In this document: piece after piece, positions 28,619 through 37,739 of the stretch
Layout: each line of letters begins with the position of its first letter
Position numbering within the stretch: position 1 is the first letter of the stretch
Source of the DNA: a virus
Taxonomy: Duplodnaviria; Caudoviricetes
Reading direction: 5' to 3' (one strand)
Virus record (IMG/VR): IMGVR_UViG_3300035562_000079
Coordinates: 19,743 to 83,742 of that record
Length of the DNA: 64,000 nucleotides
Position numbers and translations under genes: made by a program
The notes under the pieces: generated by a model
Told to the model about the DNA's origin: nothing
The model's input: the letters and a program-made list of their open reading frames with translations, nothing else
The model's database searches: none

Positions 28619-29594
28619 CTTTCACTACTCCCAATATCATCCGACAAACGTAAGAGCGGCGGTCTTCATAGTGTGTCACCCCCATTATCACCATGCTGCT
28701 TTCTACTGACTCATCGAGTGAGCTATCAGTGTCATAGCGCTGAATAAGCACCGTGATCTGTTGGCCCACAGCCAAACTGGCGTTACCCTCACATTCGACA
28801 TCGAGTTTCGGGATAATTGTCAGAGATAGGTTCATCAGAACTTCACGGTTGGCATCGGAGATCATCTTGATTGGGAACTCCTTTTTACCAATCGCGATAT
28901 ACCCCTCTGTCTCACTGTATGCAGAAAATCGATAACGAACCTTACTCAGATAGGCCTCATCCTGAGTTAGATGTCGTGCCTTTGTGAAAAGGTTCTCCGC
29001 AGATGGGTTATTGGTTTCGTACTTGGCTACCGGCTTCAGTTTTTGCAGTGCCGACAGTGTTCTAACACTCAGGGTTCCCCGAGCAATCCAGGCACGGGCA
29101 CCGTGGTCACGGGCTATCTTATCGATTAATGCCGAAGGTTTGGCGCCAGGCACAAGGTGATAGGTGGTCATCCGGTTAAAAGGATCTGCGACCAACTTCA
29201 GTTTTTCACCAGATAGCGCGCTCAACATATCTTTAGGGTTTTGGTCGACAAAGAACCGAGGTGATACCGTTTTCTGATGGAGCTGATGCAAAGCCTTTGG
29301 AATCGCAACAATGCGTACCGTATCGTTCGCGTAAGGGCAGGAAACGATGGTCATTTCATCGCTCCAGCTCATACCACCATCGCTGTCCCCCATGACGGCC
29401 ACCAGCAGAGATCCCTCTTTCATTTTTTTCTCATTCATAAGCTGGTTGTTGACGTCACGAACATGCAATTCCAACGCCGGCGACTGCATATTCATGTGTT
29501 CAACGTAAGCCGAAGTGGTGACCATTTCCCTGGGTACTTCAGCACCATCGATCACAACGGACTGAAGGAAAAACTGGTTAAGCTGTCCGGCCAT
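28611..29594 (-). CDS. 6: Baseplate hub gp6
   Basis: Size, synteny and hub-like sequence. Confidence 0.7.
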   Translation of the reverse strand: MAGQLNQFFLQSVVIDGAEVPREMVTTSAYVEHMNMQSPALELHVRDVNNQLMNEKKMKEGSLLVAVMGDSDGGMSWSDEMTIVSCPYANDTVRIVAIPKALHQLHQKTVSPRFFVDQNPKDMLSALSGEKLKLVADPFNRMTTYHLVPGAKPSALIDKIARDHGARAWIARGTLSVRTLSALQKLKPVAKYETNNPSAENLFTKARHLTQDEAYLSKVRYRFSAYSETEGYIAIGKKEFPIKMISDANREVLMNLSLTIIPKLDVECEGNASLAVGQQITVLIQRYDTDSSLDESVESSMVIMGVTHYEDRRSYVCRMILGVVKGA

Positions 29595-29595
29595 C

Positions 29596-30366
29596 TCAGT
29601 TCTCCTTCACGGCGGCAATTACGTTAGTTAGCGCACGGTGGGGGACAACGGCAAGCGCACGTATCACATCGACTGAGGCTGTCAGAGTCGTCTGCACTGC
29701 GAAAATACGGTCGTCACCGATTGGTGCTGAAATATCGGTAAAGGATAAATCGCGGCTATCGGTAAGCGTTACATCCAGATCCAGCTCCACGAGCGCCAGT
29801 TTAACCGGCGCCGATAATGAACGGTGTTCAGAGAAGCGCAGCTGTACGCCTATCGTGTTGATCAGAAGGGATAGCGTTTCCTTTTCCGCCGCCAGCAGAG
29901 TAATTGTGTATGTAAGAGAGGCGTTTGTGGAATCGATCGCGGCGTAAGGCTGACCGTCCTTATCCTCAACGATGTTAAAGCCGTATGAATGCTTGAGATC
30001 CCGTTTTTGCTCTATAGGCATAAATGCAGTGTCAAAAGAGCGTGAAACGTTAATCACCGGTAAGGCCTGTTTATTCATAACCGGTTTATTTGGCGTATTT
30101 TTCCAGCTGTCGGCCTTGCGTAGGGCACGCAGAAATTCGGCTACATCGTCAAACTTACCGAAAACGACGCGATCGGCTGGTGGGCTTTCTATAAACCTAA
30201 CAAAGGCCGCGTTCTCAAGGGTTTCTGTGTTAATCGAGGCGCCGTCAAACATGCGGCTAATGTAGGTAGCGATAGCGTTATCAGCTGATTGGAAGCCTGA
30301 AATTTCAAATTCGCCCGTTGGCTCCAGTCGCAGTTCGCGAAAGCGAGAGATCAATTGTTCCATCAT
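29596..30366 (-). CDS. 24: Tail terminator gp24
   Basis: Synteny; LPVINVSR motif. Confidence 0.65.
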   Translation of the reverse strand: MMEQLISRFRELRLEPTGEFEISGFQSADNAIATYISRMFDGASINTETLENAAFVRFIESPPADRVVFGKFDDVAEFLRALRKADSWKNTPNKPVMNKQALPVINVSRSFDTAFMPIEQKRDLKHSYGFNIVEDKDGQPYAAIDSTNASLTYTITLLAAEKETLSLLINTIGVQLRFSEHRSLSAPVKLALVELDLDVTLTDSRDLSFTDISAPIGDDRIFAVQTTLTASVDVIRALAVVPHRALTNVIAAVKEN

Positions 30367-31163
30367 TGGGCCACCTCGGGCGTTCCCTCAAAGTTACGGG
30401 CAGGGATGCAGTAATACAATGAACCGACTGCTGCGGTTCCGTATGTGAATATTCGATGGACATACCACCAGCAGCGAACGGTGGAACCCTCAGACAACGA
30501 CTCGTTCCATTCGAGAATAGAACCCACAGGTACAAAGGCGCGGGCCGCAGGGTGAGGGTTACCGTTTTCATCTTCGCCGGTATCAATTGCCTCCATTTGC
30601 GGCGCTATACGGAGCAGTAGAACGTCATCAACACCGCCGTCTTGCTCGCCGTCGTTATCCATTGCATCCAAACCCGCGCGTTCATCGGGGCAATCCAATA
30701 CAGCCACGGCGACGGGGTCGCCATAGGTAAGCGTCTTTTGGTTGTTATTTAGTTCGGTAAAACTCGGCTCCAATGGTTGGCCTTCATCGTCTAACTCAAC
30801 TTCCTCGGCATCGCTTGGAACGAACAACAATGCATCAAAAGAGAAAGGGTCGGCCGCTATGGCCCGTTGCCAGTCTCGTCGAACCATGTCGTTAAACGCA
30901 GCGTGGCCGGAGTAGCGGCTTTTTAATGACTGGGCCGGACGTGTAGAAATGCTATTGGGGATAGTGGCAGCAGATGGTAAATCTGCGCCCTCAGCCGTGT
31001 TGTCATCAACGCTGCTAACAGCATCGCTAATGTCAGTGAAGGCCTGTTGTTCTGGTTCTGGCGTGCTGGTGGGCACCTCGGGAATAGGATTTGCCTCGAT
31101 CGGCAGGTTCTCTGGTAATTCTTCTTCATTTTCTGGTTCGAAAAATTCACTAAAGCGGCTCAA
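30363..31163 (-). CDS. 7: Neck protein gp7
   Basis: Synteny; PVGSILEW..WWYVH motif. Confidence 0.7.
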   Translation of the reverse strand: MSRFSEFFEPENEEELPENLPIEANPIPEVPTSTPEPEQQAFTDISDAVSSVDDNTAEGADLPSAATIPNSISTRPAQSLKSRYSGHAAFNDMVRRDWQRAIAADPFSFDALLFVPSDAEEVELDDEGQPLEPSFTELNNNQKTLTYGDPVAVAVLDCPDERAGLDAMDNDGEQDGGVDDVLLLRIAPQMEAIDTGEDENGNPHPAARAFVPVGSILEWNESLSEGSTVRCWWYVHRIFTYGTAAVGSLYYCIPARNFEGTPEVAQ

Positions 31164-32377
31164 TGCTTATTCCCCAATGTGGTCTTAATGTGCTGCTCGA
31201 AGGCTTTGGCGGCTTCCTCTGGTGTTTTTCCTGCCATTACCTGGGCGTCGATAAAAATTTGTCGTTGCAGCTTTAGCAGGTCAGTCACCTGGCGTTTGTA
31301 TTGCTCCAACTCGTCCGAGCGCTGCTTCGCCTTGGCTTCGGCAACCTTCCTGCGAGCGCGTTCTTGCGCAGTTACCTGGCGGGCACGTGCCAGCTTTGAT
31401 CTGGCATTGCTGAGGGTGGTTTTGTCTTTGTCGGTGAGCTTGCTTTGTAATGCGTCAATGCGTTTCTGATAACGCTGGTATTCAGCGCGGACTGCGGCTT
31501 GGTTGGTTTTACCTTTCCTGTTGCGATTGAGTTGCTTAATTTCGCTCTCGCTAAAGTATTCGTGGGTCTTCTTACGATCGTCACCGAAGTGGTGGCCCTT
31601 CGATGCCTTGATCAGTGATTCGATAATACGTGTTTGCCAACCTGCACCTTGCATACGAGTGAATGCGTGAATGATGTGCTTACAAGCCACCCCACGCAGG
31701 TTCGGGTTCTTAATTTTTGGGAAGACGTATTCTTTAGGCGGCGCTATGGTGAAGTTGCCCGCCGTGGCGATATAGCGATACCAATACATGTAGCGGCCGC
31801 AGTCACAGTTAATGGAGGCACGGCCGGCCACCAGCTTCCGTACCAGGCGCATTAAGGTAGCCCGGTCATTGGTTACGTTTTCGAGTGCATCCTCCCATTC
31901 TTCAAATCTGAGCTGCACCAGGTGGCTGGAGTCCAAAGAACTGTTGGAAGCGGTCACGCGAATTTGGGCAATGTTATGTTTCAAGCCAATGAAGGAGGCA
32001 GACGAAATGCCTGAGCCATCATCAACATTGTTATTTGCCCTCTTAACGTCGATGGACTGGGAGTGGGCCACCAGTTGCCCATATGTGATACCAGGCTGAG
32101 TATTGGTGAACTTTTTCTTCGCCTCGCCCCGACTGGCCTCAAATCCTTTCAAATCATCCAGGGTGAAGAAAGTGCCGTCCTTCTTTTTTCCAAGCCCAAT
32201 GACGTCTTCTAAGTGTTTGTTCTTCAGTAAAGATGGTGTGAGGTGTTTGCTCCCATTTCTCCGCCGGCGCGCCTGTGCACGTTCTTTCTGGATCTGGTCA
32301 AATAGGCGGGTAAATTGTTTCGGTGATAAGCCATCAGTGATGTATCGCCCGTTGTCGTCCTTCTTGAAGTCGTCCAC
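31160..32377 (-). CDS. 25: Gp25 with SWIM-like zinc finger
   Basis: CDCGRY.YW..CKH motif; synteny. Confidence 0.75.
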   Translation of the reverse strand: MDDFKKDDNGRYITDGLSPKQFTRLFDQIQKERAQARRRRNGSKHLTPSLLKNKHLEDVIGLGKKKDGTFFTLDDLKGFEASRGEAKKKFTNTQPGITYGQLVAHSQSIDVKRANNNVDDGSGISSASFIGLKHNIAQIRVTASNSSLDSSHLVQLRFEEWEDALENVTNDRATLMRLVRKLVAGRASINCDCGRYMYWYRYIATAGNFTIAPPKEYVFPKIKNPNLRGVACKHIIHAFTRMQGAGWQTRIIESLIKASKGHHFGDDRKKTHEYFSESEIKQLNRNRKGKTNQAAVRAEYQRYQKRIDALQSKLTDKDKTTLSNARSKLARARQVTAQERARRKVAEAKAKQRSDELEQYKRQVTDLLKLQRQIFIDAQVMAGKTPEEAAKAFEQHIKTTLGNKH

Positions 32378-32389
32378 CGTATCCCCCTG

Positions 32390-32728
32390 TTATAACGTTT
32401 GGGTTACGGGTAATTCGCCAGTATCCACGTAATGGCGAATCCGGTCGCGAAGCCAGGCAATTGACGGTACGGACAGCGTGGCGCCGATTGGTAACGGCTC
32501 GTATTCAGCCTCAGTGCCGGCCAACAGCCGCACGCACCACCGTAGCTCATGCGTCCCCCAAATACGGTGGGCGATAAGGTCGGGGCGGTACTCTTCATCG
32601 GGTTTAATATCGTAGCGCTGTAGGTCGATGTCCTGGCTGGTGGATTTGCGGATCACTTCATTATGAAGGTAAGCCCTGATGATAGGGTCTTCGATGCAGC
32701 GATCATCTAATCGGTTGTAGGTGCTCAT
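32390..32728 (-). CDS. 26: Baseplate protein gp26 (gp53/LysM-like)
   Basis: YRPDLIAHRIWG...L.W motif. Confidence 0.8.
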   Translation of the reverse strand: MSTYNRLDDRCIEDPIIRAYLHNEVIRKSTSQDIDLQRYDIKPDEEYRPDLIAHRIWGTHELRWCVRLLAGTEAEYEPLPIGATLSVPSIAWLRDRIRHYVDTGELPVTQTL

Positions 32729-33375
32729 AAGATAATCGTGTCCTTGTCATCCATTCTTTTACCTGCCAAGGTTGCAGCCGGCGTATGCTTCGCTTGGACT
32801 GACTGTGTGATCCAATCTGCGCTGTGCCTTGCATCACTGCTGTCAGAATGGAGCGCGCTCATCATGCGTTTGAAGTAGCCGGCGCTGCCGACGGGTTGAT
32901 AGAAAGTGCCGTAACAACAAAGGATCGTCAGGATATGCTCTGGACGCAGCTCGGCCCAGGCGATGTTGTAGATTGGCTCCCCATTTGAGTTGTAGGAAAC
33001 GTCGACGATGGAATGAGGGATATCGAACCGACTTGCACCATCTTTCGGCGTGATAATGGCATTGGTGCGTTTAAGCTCGTTGTAACGATCAAGAGCGACA
33101 GATATTACGGGGTAGCCGTTGTTATGCTTATCGCTGAGTCGGACGCGATTTGCGCCGGTAGCTTTCGATACGTCACCGGAAACTTCGTCTACGAGCGAAA
33201 CCATACCTTTGTTGACGTAACCCAATAGAGTAGGGATGAGCTGACCATTGATATCGGACAGGTTGGGGGAGTATTTCGTCACGTTACCCATGACGAGGAC
33301 GTTATCTTTATAAACGGCTCTCAACATCTGGGCGCTTGGGCCAGAGAGAGTGGCGACACAGATCGGTAAAACCAT
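32725..33375 (-). CDS. mat: Mat-like maturation protein
   Basis: Follows ref as in P1; LVDE, VALD and YNI.W motifs recalled from P1 Mat. Confidence 0.55.
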   Translation of the reverse strand: MVLPICVATLSGPSAQMLRAVYKDNVLVMGNVTKYSPNLSDINGQLIPTLLGYVNKGMVSLVDEVSGDVSKATGANRVRLSDKHNNGYPVISVALDRYNELKRTNAIITPKDGASRFDIPHSIVDVSYNSNGEPIYNIAWAELRPEHILTILCCYGTFYQPVGSAGYFKRMMSALHSDSSDARHSADWITQSVQAKHTPAATLAGKRMDDKDTIIL

Positions 33376-33394
33376 AATTCACCTTTGCAGAAAG

Positions 33395-33420
33395 AAAAAA
33401 ACCGCCCGGAGGCGGCTCAT
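33395..33420 (-). terminator. Terminator/attenuator in mat leader
   Basis: GCCGCCTCCGGGCGG followed by a T-run directly before the mat RBS. Confidence 0.6.
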
Positions 33421-33511
33421 TTCTGCATGGGCATTCGGCTGTCGCGCTGAAATTGTGGTTTCGTGTCGAAAAGCAAAACCCCAAAACCGAACCGCCCTAA
33501 GCGAAAATTAT

Positions 33512-33527
33512 ATTAGTTTTACGCAAC
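33512..33527 (-). promoter_or_regulatory. Putative C1 operator overlapping promoter
   Basis: GTTGCGTAAAACTAAT within TTTACT-N17-TAATAT; motif recurs across the window. Confidence 0.6.
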
Positions 33528-33542
33528 GCGAAAGTAAAGCAC

Positions 33543-33905
33543 TTATATCACCAGTTCCCCAGATTCAATTTTGTCTACCAGCGATATAGCCAGATCAAGG
33601 AGAAAATCTTGAGTGTTATTGCGCCGCTCAAAATCTGTTTTACCTCCAACGGTACCGCAAGCATGCACCGGAATTAACCAAGGGAAGCGCCGCCGGAATT
33701 CCGACGGGGCAGCATGCTGGTGGTGCCAAACACAAAGGGGGAGTATTCGCTTATGTGCGCCGGGTTTTACGCGCCCATCGATGTGATGAAGACTGACCTC
33801 GTATGATTTTTGTCCGTGGAGTAAGCAAGCAATACAGGGCAACTTGCCCATTCTGTCCATGAACCGCCGTTCTTCGGCTGTAGGTGTGCGACCGTAGTTT
33901 TTCAA
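33543..33905 (-). CDS. ref: Ref RecA-dependent HNH nuclease (short form)
   Basis: GRTPTAEERR, LPCIAC, VSLHHI.GR and LPLC.WHHQHAAP as in P1 Ref. Confidence 0.88.
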   Translation of the reverse strand: MKNYGRTPTAEERRFMDRMGKLPCIACLLHGQKSYEVSLHHIDGRVKPGAHKRILPLCVWHHQHAAPSEFRRRFPWLIPVHACGTVGGKTDFERRNNTQDFLLDLAISLVDKIESGELVI

Positions 33906-33973
33906 TGTAGATACAATAATTAGTTTATTAGATGGACGATAACAACTTTATTGCCATCGCCCACCATTGTGGA

Positions 33974-34759
33974 TTAATCGGCGTTCGCAGTGGTCAGAGG
34001 GGCACTATCTGTATCCTCAGAGTCTTCTCCACCAGCATTCGCTTGAGCTTCTGACTCGGGCATGTTTTCTTCAGGCTTTGTTGCAAGAGCCGCTTCAATA
34101 ATTCCGGCCGCGTTATCTGGAGAAATGCCGATAACAGCATACTCATCGAGTTCTGGCACATGCACGACGTCGTTGCCCATGTCAGTGTTAGCCAACATCC
34201 AAGCATAGGTATTATCTCCCATCCACTGGAGTGACGGCTTATCCCCATCGACTTCAGGGCGAAGAAGATAGGCTTTGCGACCGATACCGGCGACACGTAA
34301 AGCAGCAAAGCATACTGCCTGGATGAGGGAATGTGATGTTTCTGAGACTGGTTCCTGGGTGCCGACTTTCAATCCTGTATTCGCCATATCATTGGCGCCA
34401 TAATTGGTGTTCAGTTCAACGCGCCACTGGCCTACTAGGTTACCGTTCTCAAACAGAATAGGTGAAGCGATCAGGCCCATAGAACGAATTAAGCTTTGGC
34501 AAAATGCGATGTTATTGAATGGTGACAGTTCTGGCATGCTTTCAAAAGCGGAATAATCAGGTTCACTTCCTTCCGTAACCTGTTTACGAATCCAGGTGCG
34601 TGAACCATCTTGTGCAACGAAAACGTTAGCCGGCCCTTGGCTGGCAATATGGTCATGCTTAAGCCCGGCGAGCAGTGCCAGGGCATTGGAAGCTTCGAAG
34701 GGATTCAAGCCGCTGTCAGTTGTGGTCAATGTGAGGTGATCGTTCAAGCGGTATTTCAT
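33974..34759 (-). CDS. Hypothetical protein
   Basis: 261-aa ORF coupled to the upstream ORF. Confidence 0.65.
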   Translation of the reverse strand: MKYRLNDHLTLTTTDSGLNPFEASNALALLAGLKHDHIASQGPANVFVAQDGSRTWIRKQVTEGSEPDYSAFESMPELSPFNNIAFCQSLIRSMGLIASPILFENGNLVGQWRVELNTNYGANDMANTGLKVGTQEPVSETSHSLIQAVCFAALRVAGIGRKAYLLRPEVDGDKPSLQWMGDNTYAWMLANTDMGNDVVHVPELDEYAVIGISPDNAAGIIEAALATKPEENMPESEAQANAGGEDSEDTDSAPLTTANAD

Positions 34760-35100
34760 TGGCGTTCCTTAAATAAGTTTAAACGGACAGGGGGGGATTG
34801 ACGGGCTTGGTCATCAAAAGCAGCAGCTAAGTCGGCAATAATATCCCCAAATTTTGAGTCACAATCAGCCACACCTCGAGTAGCAACCTCTTCAGTAGCT
34901 TGCTCCACGAATGCTATAGCGCGGCTGATATCTGGCATGGTGTAATCGATAGCCAGATCACGCAGGGCCGGGTGATGAAGTAGCTCCACCCCTAAGACAA
35001 CAACGGAGGTTCCTGCTTTGACGCCAGCTGCCAATGAGACACGACGGCCATTCAGAGAGAAGACCTTGCGGGCATGGATTTTGGACACAAAAACCCCCAT
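34756..35100 (-). CDS. Hypothetical protein
   Basis: 114-aa ORF behind a TATAAT box and an operator-like motif. Confidence 0.6.
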   Translation of the reverse strand: MGVFVSKIHARKVFSLNGRRVSLAAGVKAGTSVVVLGVELLHHPALRDLAIDYTMPDISRAIAFVEQATEEVATRGVADCDSKFGDIIADLAAAFDDQARQSPPVRLNLFKERQ

Positions 35101-35176
35101 TGATGTACAGGAGGCGCATTATACACCTAATACTATATTAGTTTAACGAAACATTTTTTTCATCACTGCCGCTACG

Positions 35177-35581
35177 TCATTTATTGTTCTTGGTTTTTCT
35201 AACAGCTTTGAGTTCTTCAAACAACATGCTGAAGTGTTCAACGCGTTCTTCTAGTGCTGATAGATGTCGCACCTTTTCTGATTCTGGTAGTGCGTTGAAT
35301 AGAGTTATTAACTTCGCTTGCCGCTCGTCCAACTGGCGAGGTAATTCATCTGCGGGAATAGGGCGCTCGGCATCATCACCGTATAGCAACCAAGTTGGAG
35401 AGCAACGTAGGACGCCCCCCAGTGAAAAGAGGTTTTTCCCTTTTGGTTCAGTTTCGCCATTTTCCCACTTAAAGATAGTTACATGAGAGACTCCTACAGC
35501 ATCGCCGAGGCTCTGTTGAGTGAGGTCTAACTCTGTTCTGCGTGACCTTATGCGATCGCTTAGATAGCTGATTTTCGACAT
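35177..35581 (-). CDS. XRE HTH repressor (DicA/C2-like)
   Basis: LTQQSLGDAVGVSHVTIFKWENGETEP..CSPTWLLYG. Confidence 0.85.
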   Translation of the reverse strand: MSKISYLSDRIRSRRTELDLTQQSLGDAVGVSHVTIFKWENGETEPKGKNLFSLGGVLRCSPTWLLYGDDAERPIPADELPRQLDERQAKLITLFNALPESEKVRHLSALEERVEHFSMLFEELKAVRKTKNNK

Positions 35582-35593
35582 GATAATATATCC

Positions 35594-36628
35594 TTAATCC
35601 TTTGTTCTTGTTCCATTTTCCATTAGGTCAAGCATTGCTCCTCTTTGTGCCTCGATATGTCGGATATATCCCATCAATGTTTCTGTTTTCGTCCATGTCC
35701 CTTCCTGCATGATTTGTGGAACGCTGTAACCTGCGGCGGCCATGTCTTGTGCAGCCCCAACACGTGCGCTATGACCAGTCCAGCATGTATATCGATCCTT
35801 ATTGCCTTTTCTGTCGCTTTTCCCGAGTGATGCCCAAGCATCAGAAAATATCTTTTCGATGGCCGGTGCGCTCAGCGGGGTTGAGGTGTTAATGATAGCC
35901 TTGTTTGTTCTGTGTATACGACAAAACAGGAATGCATCAGGGTGATCAGAAAGTCCGGCGGCATTTATCCAGGAAGTAAGGCGCTCGCTAGACAAGGCGC
36001 TGAGTGATTTTGTAACCCCACCAGCCTTCAATATCGTCTTCGTGTACGCTACGTTCAGGATGATCCGGCCATCCTCCGCGCGCTCAATATCACGAACGCG
36101 AAGGCGTCCTATTTCACTCATACGAAGCAAGGTGCTGTACGCAACGTGAAGGAAAGCAAGATTACGAGTGAGCGCAACACGCTGCGAGTCTGCCCAAATG
36201 GAATCTATATTGAGAAGATCCTCGCGGCGAAACGGCACAGCCTGACCTGTCCGCTCACCAGAAACGAGCGCGGAACGCCGCGTTAACCTCATCGCCCTCG
36301 CAATCGTCGGAGAGCTTGTGGGAGATACCACTTGCGCCTGGCGGTGCAACATCGAAATCAGTGATACATGAACCTCGATTGAACCGACCGATAGACCGGA
36401 GTCTTCCAAATGTGAAATATAGTCACGTAGATCCGCACTTTTCATAGGAAAAAAAGTCCGCCCCTCTTTCTCAGACCACGCCGCAACAATACGCATGACG
36501 CTAATTAACTGCGCCCAGGTGTTCGTAGAGAAGGCACCTTTATCACGAACGAACTCACGCAGACGTTGAGAAATATCGTCTTGAGCACCAACTGCTACCA
36601 ATGAATTCAGGTCTGTAACGCCGCTCAT
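35594..36628 (-). CDS. cre: Cre-like tyrosine recombinase
   Basis: 344 aa; AYSTLLRMSE, TKT, WTGHSARVGAAQDM, EGTW and MGYIR catalytic set. Confidence 0.93.
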   Translation of the reverse strand: MSGVTDLNSLVAVGAQDDISQRLREFVRDKGAFSTNTWAQLISVMRIVAAWSEKEGRTFFPMKSADLRDYISHLEDSGLSVGSIEVHVSLISMLHRQAQVVSPTSSPTIARAMRLTRRSALVSGERTGQAVPFRREDLLNIDSIWADSQRVALTRNLAFLHVAYSTLLRMSEIGRLRVRDIERAEDGRIILNVAYTKTILKAGGVTKSLSALSSERLTSWINAAGLSDHPDAFLFCRIHRTNKAIINTSTPLSAPAIEKIFSDAWASLGKSDRKGNKDRYTCWTGHSARVGAAQDMAAAGYSVPQIMQEGTWTKTETLMGYIRHIEAQRGAMLDLMENGTRTKD

Positions 36629-36976
36629 AATTTAATAGCCCTTAAATTTACACTTGGTAGCGCTACGTGAAAAATATTAAATCAACAAGGGTAATCCCTG
36701 TCAGATTTTTTGTAGCGTTACCTATTTTTGTGTTGCTACTTTTTCAGTCCGGTGCCGGTAACCATCAAACAAGTGCTCCACCAATGAATTACACGCCTCT
36801 AACCCTGACAGTGATTAGGACGTCACTTTTAGCGATTTTCTGTCACGCGGGACGTTGTGAACAATTTGTGAACACTCCCACCAAGGAGCGCAGTCAACTC
36901 ATAGGTCAGTGACACAGAAAATATTTTCTAATGCGGATGTGTTGCGATCACCCCACTACCACTTTTGTGAAACCTT

Positions 36977-37010
36977 CTAACTTTATATAAGTCCCATTAT
37001 ATAAAGTTAT
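36977..37010. promoter_or_regulatory. lox-type recombination site
   Basis: CTAACTTTATATA-AGTCCCAT-TATATAAAGTTAT: 13-8-13 architecture about 350 bp upstream of cre. Confidence 0.88.
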
Positions 37011-37739
37011 GGCGAAGGAGTACAGATCCGGCTTAATTTGACTTAAGAGTCCTTCTTTTGGGGGGTAAGCTGATTTTGTGAAGCGTGACTCAGATAATCC
37101 AATCTATTTGTTATAAACGGCGAATAGTAACAACGTTTTTAATGCGTAAAAGTAGCGTTTTCATTTGTTATAATTTGTAATGGACAGCGATCTAAAACCA
37201 GATAAAATAGCGCCGATGTGAAAAACTAACTGACTATTATTGTAAAGGGAGTTTCGTGAGTTCTTTAACCTCGCCCGACGATGAGCAGATATTGCAGTCG
37301 GCTAAGCATAACTTTATTAGCAGTAGGTCTTCTTCTTTCATCGCGGAAATGATGTGTATATTAAGTGCTGAATTTCCGAGTTCTTGTGTGCAGGAGGCAC
37401 ATCGCAGAATCAAAGCTCTTACCAACATTCATAATGCGCATTCAAATAGTTTTAGTGGTTAATTTTTAAAATTTATTTGGCGTCTATGGCCCCTTGTAGG
37501 GGTCGCTAACCCCTCCAGCAAACTGAACCCATCCGACCACTCCCGTAGCGATTTGCAGCCCTCTATGGGGGTGTGTAGGTGCGGAATTCTCTTAAATAGC
37601 CACCTATCTCTACGATCCAACAAAAAACATTCTCAATTCGTGTTGAAACGTATTAAAATAAAAAGTGTGTCTGTTTATCTAATAGATAATTAGAATTTTT
37701 AGATGTATCCAGAATGGATTGTGCAGCGTTAATTAACGT

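Noticed and set aside
36667-36912. 81-aa ORF between cre and lox
   Set aside because: No RBS or motif; likely the cre promoter region
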